From assembly GCA_039096225.1 (NCBI GenBank), contig JBBPEB010000033.1:62001-126000 (forward strand): a stretch of DNA of 64,000 nucleotides, in the 5' to 3' direction. Below are positions 35,376-50,200 of the stretch, one piece after another. A program made the translations under genes and the position numbers. Below the pieces are notes generated by a model, which saw nothing but the letters and a program-made list of their open reading frames with translations, was not told the origin of the DNA and did no database searches. Source of the stretch: Blastocystis sp. Blastoise (taxonomy: Eukaryota; Protista; Bigyra: Opalinata). Within the stretch, counting starts at the first letter, position 1; each line of letters opens with the position of its first letter.

Positions 35376-37204
35376 ATGTTTCTAAGAGTATATCTCATAC
35401 TTTATTTAATAATGAATTCTAGGTAGTTCCAAAGGCAATGGCATTCACTCAAGTAGTGAAAACTTTACAAACAATTCGACCTATAGCTATTAATATCCGT
35501 TCCTTTGCTTCTGAAGCAGTAAAAGAAGAAAAAAATATTAAAAAATCTCTTCCCGAAGAGTCTGTAGCTGATGTGAAGCCATCTGAAGTTGTTGCAAATG
35601 AAGTTGCTTCAGAATCTGTAAAAGAACCAGAAATTCATGATGAATTTTCTCCTAAAGTTAAAGATAAAAAAGTAGAAACGGCTACTGAAGTTAAGAGTGC
35701 TGATTCGGAAATAAAACAAGAAGGAGAATCTACTGAAACTAGTGAAGGAAGTAAAGTTGAAGGAGTTGAAACAACAGAAGAAGTAGCATCTTCTAAAGAT
35801 GTTAAAATAAAACAATCAGAATCAGTTCCTTCTTTTGAATGGCCTGAAGAAGAAGATATCTATGGTGATCTTGTTTATGCTTTAGAATATAGTGATGCAG
35901 TCTATGTTCCTGAAGAAACAAAAAATAAGATTTATGAAATGTACGTTAAAAGAGGTTGGGATGTCTCTAAGATTTCTCAAACGGTAAAGATTGCAAAAGA
36001 TCGTGTAACAGCTATTATTAAATTAAGATCTAGACATGAAACACTTAAAGACAAAGGATTATGGAAAGATGATCTAGTTAAAGTATTATTTATAGTTTTA
36101 TTATAATTATTATATTTATTATATTTATTATATTTATTATATTTATTATATTTATTATGTTTATTAGGGTTTTGTTTATTATATTTATTATATTTATTAT
36201 ATTTATTATAATTATTATATTTATTGTATTTATTATATTTATTATATTTATTATATTTATTTATTTTATTTTTATATTTATATATTTATTATATTTATTA
36301 TTTGTATTATATTAATTATATTTATTATTTGTATTATATTTATTATATTTATTATATTTATTATATTTATTATATTTATTATATTTATTATATATTTTTT
36401 TTATAGATCATTGAGAATGAATATAAGGCTGAGAATAAGGATAAGGGTGTTTTATTTTCTTTAACAAATCCTGAAGATGAAAAGGATAAATATTGGAGAG
36501 AATCCACTACAAATAAGAAGGATATCTTCAATCCAAAGAAGGTACCCTCCTATATACCAAAGTTTGTATTCTTAAATGAAGAAAATACTGAAAAACAATT
36601 AAGAGGAGTATTTTATTATGTTTATTTATTTATTTATGCATTTTCATTATTATTAGTATTATACTTATTATCATTCCCTATAGCGTATAAATCAGATATT
36701 ATTAGATCAACATGCCAAAAAGGTCGATGCTCCTATTCAAAGAGCTGGAGTACCTGTAGAGAAATTCCCTTACAGTAAGCCTTCTCATCATGGTTTTTGT
36801 TTATTAGATTCTTCTTATGGTTCAAATAAGAGTAAATATGTATTACAAACAAAAGAAGGTACTCGAGTTGAAGTCAATAATTGGAATGAAGTCAATCGAT
36901 CTTGGAATAAGTGGAGAAAACAATATCAAAGTACTTTAGAAGGAATTGAACAAGAGATACCAAATACTATTCCTTCTTCTCCTTCTTCTCCTCTACCTAC
37001 TCCTGCTTCACCTGCACCACAATCTGCATCAAATACTATACAGTATATATTTAATTAATTATTTATTTATTTATTTATTATATTTTTTATTTATTTATAT
37101 TTATATATTTATTTATTTATTTATTTATTTATTAATTTATTTATATATTCATTTATATATTTATGTTTCTAATATTATATAGAAACAAAACAGAATCTAA
37201 GTAA
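35376..37204 (+). CDS. Mitochondrial small-subunit ribosomal protein mS45 (Bot1-like); 5 exons
   Basis: A 12-nt first exon (MFLR) splices in frame via intron 35388-35422 to give a presequence ending IRSFAS. Core VPEETKNKIYEMYV.RGWDVSKIS...DRVTAIIKLR resembles Bot1/mS45. Confidence 0.7.
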
Positions 37205-37524
37205 TAAATGTTTTCCGAAAATATATATATATCTACAAGAAGTCTTAATATATGCAAAAATTAATTCTATTTTTTTCTCTTTATTTTAATTTGGGTTTTA
37301 CAACTTATATGCTTTTCAATATATATTGTTTCTATTGACTTTTTTAATTTAAATCAACAATTCACATTAAAGTCTTTCATTAAATTTATACTCCTTGAAA
37401 TCTAATAAAACTCTGTGATCAATTTTTATTTTTATATTTTTTTATAATCAAATCTCTATTTCATTATAAACAACTCTTTTTTTTTGACTAAAAAATTTAA
37501 AAAACTATTAATAAAAGCATATAT

Positions 37525-39502
37525 TTATAGAGTTATGTCATGAATTTTCTTAACTTCAAGAGGGGATTGATTTGGTGCATATATGTCCTTATACTGTTCA
37601 TATAATCTATTCAATTCATTCACATATTGTGTATATATAGATTGTAAATATTCTTCAGTATATGTTTCTTTCTTTTCCACAGGAATCGGCCTACCAACAA
37701 CAGTACATATAGGTAAAGAAGGTCGTTTAATAAATGGAAATTGAAGAGGAGGCAATGAAAAACCAAGATTCTATATATATATTATTATTATATATGTTTA
37801 TTAGTATCTAAAATATGTTGATAATATATTTATTAGTATCTGAAATATGTTTATAATATATTTATTAGTATCTGAAATATGTTTATAATATATTTATTAT
37901 TATCTGAAATATGTTTATAATATGTTTATTAGTATCTGAAATATTATTATAATATGTTTATTATTATCTAAAATATTATTATAATTAAGATTCTCTACAA
38001 TAAAATTGTTTATATATATACATAGAATGTGAAATGACATAATGTGTGTAATAATTTCGATGGACGTTCTCGAACACACCACATATTATTCTCATTATAT
38101 GTATACCTATATATATATTATTCGAATTAATTATATAATAATAATAATAATAATAACATATATATATTTACGTAGGAATAAGAGATGTTCCTGTTTCAAT
38201 AGCTAACTTGATAAATCCTAATTTCTCAGGTATATATATATCATTTCGATTATTCTGAACAAGTAAGGCCTCTAAAGCTCCTCCTAAATATATATACATA
38301 TATATTATTAATATGACTGTATTCAATAATTAATATAAAATACTAGAGTAATCTCAATATACCTGTATATAATAATATAGAATGTTGATCACGAAGAGAC
38401 TGCGTCAGAACCGATCGACGACAATCGACGCATCCTCCCCATAAAAGTAAATCCCTATAAATAGGTACAAGATAACACATTCCAACTGTACCTAAATAAA
38501 GATTCTTTGTATCAATATATTTGGAGATCCCATTCATATCAGTCACTATACAATAATAATATATATATATTAATATGAATAACATATAAGAATAACATAA
38601 CTAAAAAAACATACAAACGTAATAATAACATATAATAATTAAAATAATATACTTAGATTCCATCCTCCAATAAAAGGTAAGAATGCATGAGGGTGTGATG
38701 TATATATATAATGATTATTAACATCAATATTATTTTCAACTATATATATAATGATTATTAATATAAATATTATTTTCAACTATATCTATAATAATTATTA
38801 ATATAAATATTATTTTCAACTATATATATAATGATTATTAATATAAATATAGCATTCAACATATATATAATGATTATTAATATAAATATTATTTTCAACT
38901 ACATATATAATAATTATTAATATAAATATTATTTTCAACTACATATATAATAATTATTAATATTAATATTATTTTCAACTACATATAGAATACAAAATAT
39001 ATATATACATATTAAATTTGAAGGAACGAGATATTTGACAATTTTCCAAATAAAACACGATTTAAATGATGTATTGATCCTTCTAGCAAAACATAAAGAT
39101 TATTTCATATATATATAAATAATTGATATACTTTCCTGTCAATTCTGAAGCATCGACGAAGGTAAAAAAGTATAAAAGGAAAAATAGAAAGTATTCTGGA
39201 AAACAGTATGTAAAAAATATTAAATACATTAATCCAACAAATACATAGGTCAAACGATATTGTATATAATCTTTTTTTAAATATAGAAAATCAAACTAAG
39301 ATAGAAAATTACTCGATTTTTTATCTAAAGTGACTCCAATCATACCTCCAATTACAATAAAATGAATTGAGACCATTCCTAAAAGTAAGCATAATGTCTT
39401 TGCTAATATACTTACTAGAGGATATTGGAGGATTCTTAATAGATTTTCAAGGAGCATCTTGGAAATTGATGTGTGTAAATGAGTTATATTGAAGAAATCC
39501 AT
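37525..39502 (-). CDS. DGAT2/MOGAT-family acyltransferase; multi-exon
   Basis: N-terminal TM segments and motifs HPHA, GGALEAL, GFIKLA..GTSLIP, TVVGRPI, YVNELNRLY. Confidence 0.9.
37788..37985. repeat. Intronic ~32-bp tandem repeat
   Basis: Copies of tatttattagtatctgaaatatgtttataata. Confidence 0.85.
38701..38979. repeat. 7 x ~40-bp tandem repeat spanning an intron/exon junction
   Basis: Units of tatatatataatgattattaatataaatattattttcaac; the unit at 38701-38740 is coding. Confidence 0.9.
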
Positions 39503-39923
39503 TTTCTATGAAACTCAATAAAGAATTTTAATCCGTAACGAATAAAGATAAATGATTTGATAACAAAAAATAAATGAAAAACAAAAAACCAAAAGAAAAT
39601 TCTATTAGTGTTCGTAGTGTACTTTTGTTTCTTCAATTATTAATATCGTCATTCATATAGAATAAAAACACTTTTTTATTATGGTTTCTTTTATTCTTAA
39701 TATTTATTCTTTTTAATATAGATAACAAAGAAACATACATATGTGTATGAATAAATGCAAATTAATAGTTAAAAAAAAAATGAAAAATAGTAATACAGAG
39801 ATAAATAGAACTGACAAGAGAAAATTGACAGTTTTAAATAAATATATATATATACAATGATTAATATATTTAAAGTAGTACAATACATAATTTTAAAAAA
39901 GTGACAAAGAATAAAGCGAACGA

Positions 39924-41463
39924 TTATTTTCTTGATTTTGATTTTTTTGTTTCAGCATCAATCAAGTCTTTGAAAGAATATCTATTATCCATAGGAACAA
40001 GATCTCCATCGGATGTCACAACCAGACGTGGAACATAATCATTTCCTTCACTGTCTTTATGACTATAGAAACAACTGGATCCAAATGGGCATTGACCTTT
40101 CCCGTGATTAAAGAACTTACAAGGAATACTTGACATATTCTTCTTATAATCTTTAATAATTTGTTGTTTAATCGTTTCATTCATAATAGGTGTGTTTGAA
40201 GGAATAACGAAATAGGAGTCGTTGTGACATATAGGACAACAACGAAGCTATATATTATTATGTTTATTATTTGTTTATTATTTGTTTATTATATATATGT
40301 TTATTATATGTTTATTATATGTTAATTATTATATATATATATACATTTGGATCTCCTTTATGTGCTTGTCTCCAATTTTTAATGCAATTTAAACAAAATA
40401 CATGAGAGCAACCTATATATATATATATATATGAATACTCTATATAGACAACAATAACATATATATATATATATACTTTCCATTAATCCAAATCGTTTTC
40501 CTTGAGAAATAACATTATTATTACATAAGGGGCACTTGAATTCCATGAATTCTGAAGAAGTCTATAGATAATATACAGATAAACTTGGATATATAGTATA
40601 CATATTATATAGTATAAACCGTATCTATCTTATATAGTCTCTATCTAATAAATATATACATAACCAGTATCTTCAAGGTTCACTTGACTAGGAAGCACGT
40701 GAGCGAAATGACAACTACTACCTCTCATACAATGACCCCTTTGAAAATATTTACATATAGGTCTTCCATTAACAAAATTAGCATCAACAGTCGTAGTATC
40801 TTTCTCTAGAGAAGAAGCAGCAGTAGCAGTTGAACCAGTACTTTTATCGACAATATTATTGGTCCATGACATAGGGATGAAGCTATCGTCATCGAAGGAC
40901 TCACTGGAACTGATCTATATATATATATATATTGTTTTTACTAAATAAACTCTATAATATATATATAAATTTTATATATATAACATTAATAAATATACAA
41001 TAAAATATATATATATATATAAATATATATACATTATTTGAATTATGTTGTTTACGAGACACGTCATTCTCTTCTATATATATATACATAAAAATTAACC
41101 TAAATAAAAATAATAAATACCATTTTGAATAGAACCTGATAAATTACTATCTGTATCATCTTGAGAACTCTCTCTATATTTTCGAGAAGAAGAAGCAACG
41201 CCTAAACATAAAATAATATTATTCAATTCATAAAACTCAAAATATAAGAATTGATAAAGAGAATAAAATATACTGCAATACGAATTAGAACGCTCTCCAT
41301 CTCCTTGTCTAAGAAGATCTTTATTTAAATCATCATAATGTTCACTAAGTTGAATATCTTCTTTTTTCAGAACATTGTTCAAAAGATCCTCATCTGTAAT
41401 AAACTCATTATCAAATAGGATATCATAGTATCCACTTTGTTTATGATTTGAGTCTTGACTCAT
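39924..41463 (-). CDS. MKRN: Makorin-type CCCH/RING E3 ubiquitin ligase; multi-exon
   Basis: CCCH finger CKYFQRGHCMRGSSCHFAH. RING CPLC...RFGLM..CSHVFCLNCIKNWR...CPIC..FVIPS. C-terminal finger PCKFF..GKGQCPFGSSCFYSH. Confidence 0.9.
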
Positions 41464-41768
41464 TATTTAAATGACTTTTTTATCTAACAAAAATAACTTT
41501 TATATAGATCAAGCCTACATTATTTTGAATATTATTCTAATTCTTTACCAAATTACAAAATGACACTTTAAAACAAAACCCAATCCAAAATACATGATAT
41601 TAAAAATTGAATGTAAAAAAAAGAAATTTTTATGATTATTTTTTCCAAATGGCATAAGGTTTCATGAATTTCCACAACTGTAAACTTATGATAACAAATT
41701 TGTGTTCATTTTTATCATGTTGATCGTTCATCATTTAGAAAAATAATTTTATAAAAACAAAAATAAAA

Positions 41769-42572
41769 ATGGGTTGTATAGAGTCTACTATTGATAAAGA
41801 AATTCTAAGAAATATGAAATTTGAAGATATTCCATATTATTATGCCAATGATTGGAATCTATTTCCTCCAGCTATAGTTAAATGGCTAGAACAATGTGTT
41901 ATAAAAGTCGGATGCAAACTAATTCAATCTGATAATCAGTCATTTATGGTTGATTATGTACTTGTTTCAAGACCTGGACTATATCCTACGCAACCAAATC
42001 GTCAAACTCAAGATTATTATCTCTTACATGATCAATTAGAAAAAAAACATGGTGTCAATCCAAATACAACTCTCTTCTTTGGTGTTTTCGATGGACATGG
42101 ACCTTATGGTGATAAATGTAGTCAATTCGTAGCTTCTAATGTATAGATATATGATTGTTTTTATTGTTATGTTTATTTTTTATGATTATTATTGTTATGT
42201 TTTTTTTATATGATTTTTTTTTATTATTTTATATTATTTTTTTATTATTTTTTTTTATTATTTTATATTATTTTTTTTATTATTTTATCAACTTTTATAT
42301 GATAATTATTCTGTTAACAATGACTATATTATATATATATATATAGTTAGAACGTCAATTAGATACTTGTAAAACTTTATATGACGATTTTCCAAAGAAT
42401 ATAAAAGAACTTCTAACGAACTGTGATCACATGCTTGAAAATGATATTCATGCTCCAAAAGATGAAGTTATCAATGATCATGCTAGTGGTACTACTGCCT
42501 GTTGTTTACTTATATATAAAGATCAACTGATTTGTTATAATATTGGAGATAGTCGATGTATTACAGGCATTC

Positions 42573-42626
<54 letters not shown>

Positions 42627-43197
42627 TCATAATAATATTGTTGCTCATCCTTTTACTATTGACCATAATCCTAATTTACCCGTATATATCTATATATATA
42701 TCTATATATATATATATATCTATATATACCTTAGAATGAAAGAGAGCGTATATATGCCAGTGGGGGATGTATTGAAACACATGGTCAACGTCTGGGAATT
42801 ACCGCCAAAACAGATGTTTTTGAATATCATCATAAATGTGATGGAGATCCCCCGCGGGTATGGTTAAAAGATCGTGATTTCCCGGGAACTGCATTTACAC
42901 GCAGTATTGGTGACCGATGTGCTAAATCTATTGGTGTTTGCTGTGATGCAGATGTATTTGTTCATCCCATGTGCTCGAATGTCCGTTACATTGCGTTAGC
43001 ATCTGATGGCGTCACCGAATTTATGACCAATCAAGAAATCATGAATATTATAGCTGCTGAAGAAGATCCCCGTGAAAATGACAGTGATGACGATGAGAAT
43101 GACACACTAGAACGTGCTGCTATGCATATTGTTGTAGAAGCGTAATTCTATATATATATATATATATTATATTTTATGTTTTAATACTGTATTATCA

Positions 43198-43233
<36 letters not shown>

Positions 43234-43462
43234 GTTATCGCCGATGGGTTCTCAAAGAAGAATGTACTGATGATATCACATTATGTATATATATATTTTA
43301 TTATATATATATTTTATTATATATATATTATTATTATATAATAATATAGATTATTATCAATATTATTATCAATATTACTATAGTCCTTCTTAAAATACAT
43401 TCTCATTCCGCGTCCTACGATACGAATCTCCGATGGTCTGAACCAGAAGAAGCTATCTTACA

Positions 43463-43525
<63 letters not shown>

Positions 43526-43549
43526 TATATATATTTTATTCCTATAGAA
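41769..43549 (+). CDS. PP2C/PPM family protein phosphatase; multi-exon
   Basis: Motifs [44 protein letters not shown]. Confidence 0.92.
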
Positions 43550-44202
43550 ATAAAATGAACTTTCAAATACATATAAATACATCGTCTAGTTACCTGTATT
43601 ATCTTATTTTTATATACATATTTCTTTTGTAGATTGTAATTACATTTCCTTTGGGCTTTTATATTATTTATTTATATATTTATCATCTCAATTTCGATAC
43701 TATATCTATCTCTGTGAAGTCAACTTGAATATACTCTTTCCTATATATATTTATATATCATTATTATCAACTATTATACTTTCTTATGGTCTTTTTCTTT
43801 TTCTTTTTTTGTATTCTCTTATATGCATTGTTTTCATTGCTCGAAGACTTTTTATAATCGAACAACTCATTTATTTTTTCTGTTTTTGAGCTATATATTT
43901 ATACTATTTTTATAACTCTCCTTTTGATTTCTATTTCTATATCACCTGTTTTGTTTATTCGTATACACATACACATAGAATAGTAATCCAATTGACTCAT
44001 CAGAAAACAATAACAACAAAACAATATATATATATTCTTTAAAACAATAATAAAACATGAATAGTAATACAAAAAGATAAAAATAAAGACTCGTTCTTTA
44101 AAAACTTGACAAAAAAATATAAAAACTATGACAAATAAAATACAAATACACAATCAAAAACATTGAAAAAAAATTAAATAGTATAATTACAAAAAAGACT
44201 AT

Positions 44203-47200
44203 TTAGAGTCTAGCAAATAATTCATTACCACTGATTCCATTTAATATATCATTTTGAGCTAAATTACTACCAAATGTACTATTACAATAATTCATTAATT
44301 CTACGGCACCTAAAGAATCAATACCTAAATCAGTTAAAGGAACGTTCATATCTATAGAGTTACCACTATCTAATCCTAATAAGAAAGCGAGTTTCTCTTG
44401 AAGTTGATTCTTCTTATCATTATTATTGATAGAAGGAGAACTAGTTATAGGAGTAGGAGTAGAAATAGGAGTATTTATAGAAACAGGAACAGGAGCAGGA
44501 ATAGTGGTGATAGGAGTAGAAATAGTAGTAGTAGTAGTAGCAGGAGCAACAATAGTTGTGATAGGAGTAGTATTGCTAGAAGCAGGAGTAATATTTCCAG
44601 TAGAGATAATTTGACTAGTAAGTCCATTACCACTGATTCCATTTAATATATCACTTTGGGTAAGATTACTACCAAATGTGCTATTACAATAATTCATTAA
44701 TTCTACAGCACCTAAAGAATCAATACCTAAATCAGTTAAAGGAACGTTCATATCTATAGTAGATGATTCTAATCCTAATAAATACTGTAACTTTGTTTTA
44801 ACTTGTTCTGAAACAGATGTATTATCTAAAGATGTATTCGTAGAAACAACAACAGGAGTAGAAGTAGAAGGAACAGTAGGAACAGTAGAAGGAACAGTAG
44901 GAACAGTAGGAGTAACAGTAGAAGGAGTAACAGTAGAAGAAGGAGTAACCTCTGTAGATGACTTAATAGAACGTGTTGAATTAATCTTAGCAAATAATTC
45001 ATTACCACTGATTCCATTTAATATATCATTTTGAGCTAAATTACTACCAAATGTACTATTACAATAATTCATTAATTCTACAGCACCTAAAGAATCAATA
45101 CCTAAATCAGTTAAAGGAACGTTCATATCTATAGATTTGCTATCAGATCCTAATAAGAAAGCTATTTTCTCAACAAGTTGGGTATTGTCTGTAAGAGCAG
45201 GAAGGGAAACAGAAGAAACAGAAGAAACAGAAGAAACAGTCTCAGAAACAGTAACAGGAGTAGATGGATGAATAACAGTAGGATTATTTAGAATAGTAGA
45301 ATTATGATTAGTAATAGAAACAGATGTATTAGAATTTGAAGGATATAATAATTGAAGTTGTTGATGAGAAACACAATGAGAAGCTAAAAGTTTATTTTGA
45401 GCTAATTTTACATATGTATTTAAATCAGCCATATGAATAGTAATATGATTCTCATAATAATTTTGATGAATAAGAACTTTTTCAACTAATTGAAGAACAT
45501 GATCTGCAGAAACAGGTCTTAATCCTTTATCACCATTGACTTTTAATTCAATAACAAATTCTAATTCACTTAATCTTCCTGTATCTAATAACATAGGGAA
45601 ATCAACTACAAGAACAGGTAAATGTTCTTCTTTACGAATAGCAGCTATTTGTTGAAGAGCACTATTCGCTGCACTATATACAGCTTGTTGACAATTACCA
45701 TATTGACCACTAATAGAAGCAGACATAAAGAATACATGAAGTTTAGGACAATATAATTTAGAAGCAATATGAAGATTCCAAGCACCATTCATCTTTACAG
45801 TAACTCCTTTATTCCATATAGTATCTGTGATTTCTGTACTAGGACCATCAACATATTGAGTAGCTAAGTTAAATATACCCCCAACAGTAGGAGTAACAGA
45901 CTGAATAAAAGTATTCACATCATTACTATTACAAAGATCTAAAGAAGTAATGATAATATCAACAGAAGGATAATCTTTCTTTAATTGATCTAAAATACAT
46001 TGAGACTTATAAGTAACTTTACCACTACCACCAATTAATATAATATGGCGGGCACCTTTCTTTATAGCCCAACAAGCCATATATAATCCCATACCACGAG
46101 TAGCACCTGTAAATATATATGTTAATGTAGGATTAAATAAAGTAGGGCAAGGCTTTAATTCATCTGAAACAGGCTTAAAATCGGGATCAATACTTAAAAC
46201 AATCTTTCCTTGATGTTTTCCTTGAGCCATATATCTAAATACAGAAGGAGCATCACGAATTGATTTGATTTCTGTCTGAATAGTATGTAATTCCCCGCGA
46301 TTTAAAAGATCAACACATTCAACTAATAAATCATTCATTCTCTTAGGATGAGTTGTAGAAAGTAAATCTAAATGGCAAGAATAATAAGTAATATTATCTT
46401 TAAATACACCTAATTGAATAGTATTATTATCCATAATATCTCTCTTTCCTATTTCAATAAATCGACCACAAGGAGCAAGACATTTCATAGATTCTATCAT
46501 TCCTTCTCCACTTAAACTATTCAATACAATATCTACACCACGACCATTTGTATATTTCTTAATTTCTTCTACAAATGTATATGGATTATGACTATCAATA
46601 GTATAATCTACTCCATATTTCTCAACTAATTCTTTACGTTTCTCTTCACTACCTGCAGAAGCAATAATAGTAGCTCCAGCTCTCTTTGCTATTTGAATAG
46701 CACTTAATCCTACACCTCCCATAGCACTATGTATAAGAATAACATCGTCACTACATATATGAGCTTGTTTTTCTAAACAATAATAAGCAGTAGACATAAC
46801 ACCTAAATAACCAGCTGCTACTTGAAGATCTATATTTTCAGGAGCTTTAACAAGTTCATTTACTTTACATATAGCTTTATTTCCCATCATACTTTGACGT
46901 ATACTTCTACCTGGACTTGTAGAGAAAGATACACATAATACAGAATCACCTTTATGAAGACCAGTCTTCTTACTATTTTCTTCACTAATCGAAGCAATAG
47001 TACCACTACATTCTAAACCAAGAACAGGTTGGAATCCCTTTAACATATTCATAGCTAGCATAATATCTTTAAAATGAAGAGCTATTGCTTTCACATCAAC
47101 AAGTACTTCGTCATCTTCTAAAGATTCTCTATTTAAATCAATACTATGGAAAGATAAGGATTGTAATTGTCCTGGAACATCAATTTGAAGACGATAAGCA

Positions 47201-50200
47201 ATAGAATCAGTATGAGTCTCATTAGAAACAGATTCTTCGTTATTCATAAGACAATGAGTCATAACTTTTGGTGTTTTAATCATACGAGGAACTGTCCATA
47301 TTCCTTCAGAAGACATTTCAAATTCATATTCATCACTTTGTAAATCTTGTTCTAAAATCCAAGAAATATGATTATATTCAGATTCAGCAGTATTTAGACC
47401 ATTTTCAGGAAGAATAACAGTATATATATTCATTTGAGGATATTCATTACGAAGAGATCTTGTAAATCCAATAATACTACTAGATTCAATACTATCCATT
47501 GTTTTTCTATAAGCAAAAACAATTGAAAGATCCTCAGAAACTTTCTTTTCTTTATAAAGAGATAGTAATTGTTTCATAAAAGAAGATGCTTTCACAACAT
47601 TTCCTCTCATATCAATAATAGTAGAAATAGAAGAAGAAATAGCAAGAGGTTGAGTGTCATCAAGAGTAACACCACCATTATTGAGTATATAGTTAATAAG
47701 AACATCATTAGTATCAAAAGTAGCTACTGAAGAAATAGAAGAATAAGAAGAATAAGATACATTGCCTATATTATGATATACACGAGAAGAAGTACATATA
47801 ATAGCATTAGGAACAATATAAGGACGAAGAGATAAGACAGAATGAGTATTTTGAGCAAAAAGAATATCAATAGAAGAAAGAGATAAAGAAGAATAATAAT
47901 CAGGAATATAATGATAAGTTATAGTAGAAGTTAATTTAGGGAAAGAAATATCTTTATTTAGAATAAAATGAAGATAAAGGCCTGAAAGATCTATTTGATT
48001 TTCACTCCAATAACGAACTAAAGATTCAGTAATTGATTTAGATGAAGCATCTAAAATACGTATAACTCTATATTTAGGAAGAGAAAGAATCATAGTAGAA
48101 AGAGATTCAATATTATCAAGAGAAATAGTATTAAGATCTATAGAATCAGATATAGTAAATGATTTATTTTGCCATAATTCTTCATAGATATCTAAATCTT
48201 GAGGAAGAGAAGGAGATAGTTTACTAACTGTCATTCCACGAATAGAAGCAATAAGAGTATTCTTATTATCATAGAAATCAAGATGAGCTGTATATGTTTG
48301 AGAAGTAATTGTAATTACTTTCATATGAATATGAATACCATCATCAGGGAAATGAGAAACAAAAGGAATAAAACTATCCATATGAGTAGGAACCATAGGA
48401 GAAAGAGTTAAACCAATAGATACAACAATCATTTGGAATCCTGCATCAATATATATAGGATGTATACGTCTATTATTAGGAATTACAGGCTTTATATATG
48501 CAATAGATTCTCCATCCCCTATCTTAAGAGTTTTCATAGATTGGAAAGTAGAACCAAAAGGTAAACCCATATATTTACTAACCATTTCATACATATAACG
48601 TACTTTAATATTCTTAGGACAAGCAGCTTCAGCTTCTTCAAAACTAGAACGTAAAGGAGATATATTAGCTTGAGATAAAGAAGAATATATCTTTCGATAT
48701 CCTTTCATATATTCACTTTTATCTTTCATATAAGTAAACGAAGAGCCATTATTATATATATTCATAGTAAGATCACCATTATTCATAATCCAAGGCATAA
48801 ATCTCTTAAAATTACAATCATATAAACATAAATATCCATTCTTCTTCATATCTTCTAATGTATTATCAAATTCACATGCAAGTGAAAGATAAAGAGCACC
48901 AGGTAATACGATCATATCTTTTAATTTATGATCTTCAATATATTTAAATTCAGATGTAGTTAAAGTAACTTTAGATTCTAAAGAAGCAGATAAAGAAGGA
49001 GTATAAACTAATTTAGTAATTGTTTGAATAATAGGAGCAACAGGAGCCACAGGAGCAACAGGAGCAACAGGAGCAATAGGAGCAATAGGAGCAATAGGTG
49101 CACTAGATACTACAGGAGCAACAGGTGCAACAGGAGCACTAGATACTATAGGAGCAGTACTTCGTTTAGAACTTCTAAATTCTTGTAAGTAATCTCTTCC
49201 ATTAAGAGCATCCTTCCAAGGACCTTTTCTATAAGGAGTATTATGATTCCAAGGGAAAAGAGGTATAGAATGAGAACAATAGAGAGAAGGTTGAATAGCA
49301 TTCCAATTAACATCTACACCTTGAACAAAAGCATTGGATAATTCATTTAATAATTGATTAACATCATCCGTATTACGTTTACTCATTGTTAATATAAGTG
49401 GTTTATGAGGTAATTCTTGTTTAATATAACCTCTACAAACAGAATGAGAACCAATTTCAATAATAATATCACAGAATTTATCTACATCTTTCAAAGCAGA
49501 AGCAAATTTAACACTTCCACGAATATTACTCCACCAATAATCTACATCTAATATATCTTCATATAAACGTCCCTTAGCACTACTAACAAATGTTACTTGT
49601 TGTTTTGCAGGCTTTAAAGTAGTAGCTAAATCTTCTTTAAATTCTTTCTTCATATCTTCAACATATCGACTATGGAAAGCATAAGCAATAGGAAGTTTAA
49701 TAAATAAATGACCTCTCTTCTTTGCTTCTACACCAATAATATCAATAGCATCTTCCATACCACTTACAGAAACACTAGTAGAACTATTAATAGCAGCTAT
49801 ATCTAAACGATCTCCTAATTTCAATTCTTCAATTAATTTAATTGTTTCTTCTTCAGAAGCACCTAAAGCAGCCATAGAACCAGGACGAAGTGTAGATTGA
49901 CCATGAGATCGTTCATAAGTTAAACGAGCTAATTGTTCTACATCAAATACACCAGCAGCAAGAGCAGCACACATTTCTCCTGTAGAATGACCCATAACAC
50001 AATCAGGATGAATACCTGCAGACATAAGGAAACGAGTTAATGCATATTGAGTTAATACAATTCCTGGCATAGATACAGTAACATCACGAAGAGATTCAGT
50101 TGATGGCATATTAGGTTCAAAGAAATGGAAATCATGAATTAAACTCTTCTTTGAATATTTCATAAAACAACTATCAAATTCATCAGCAGCCTCCTTAAAT

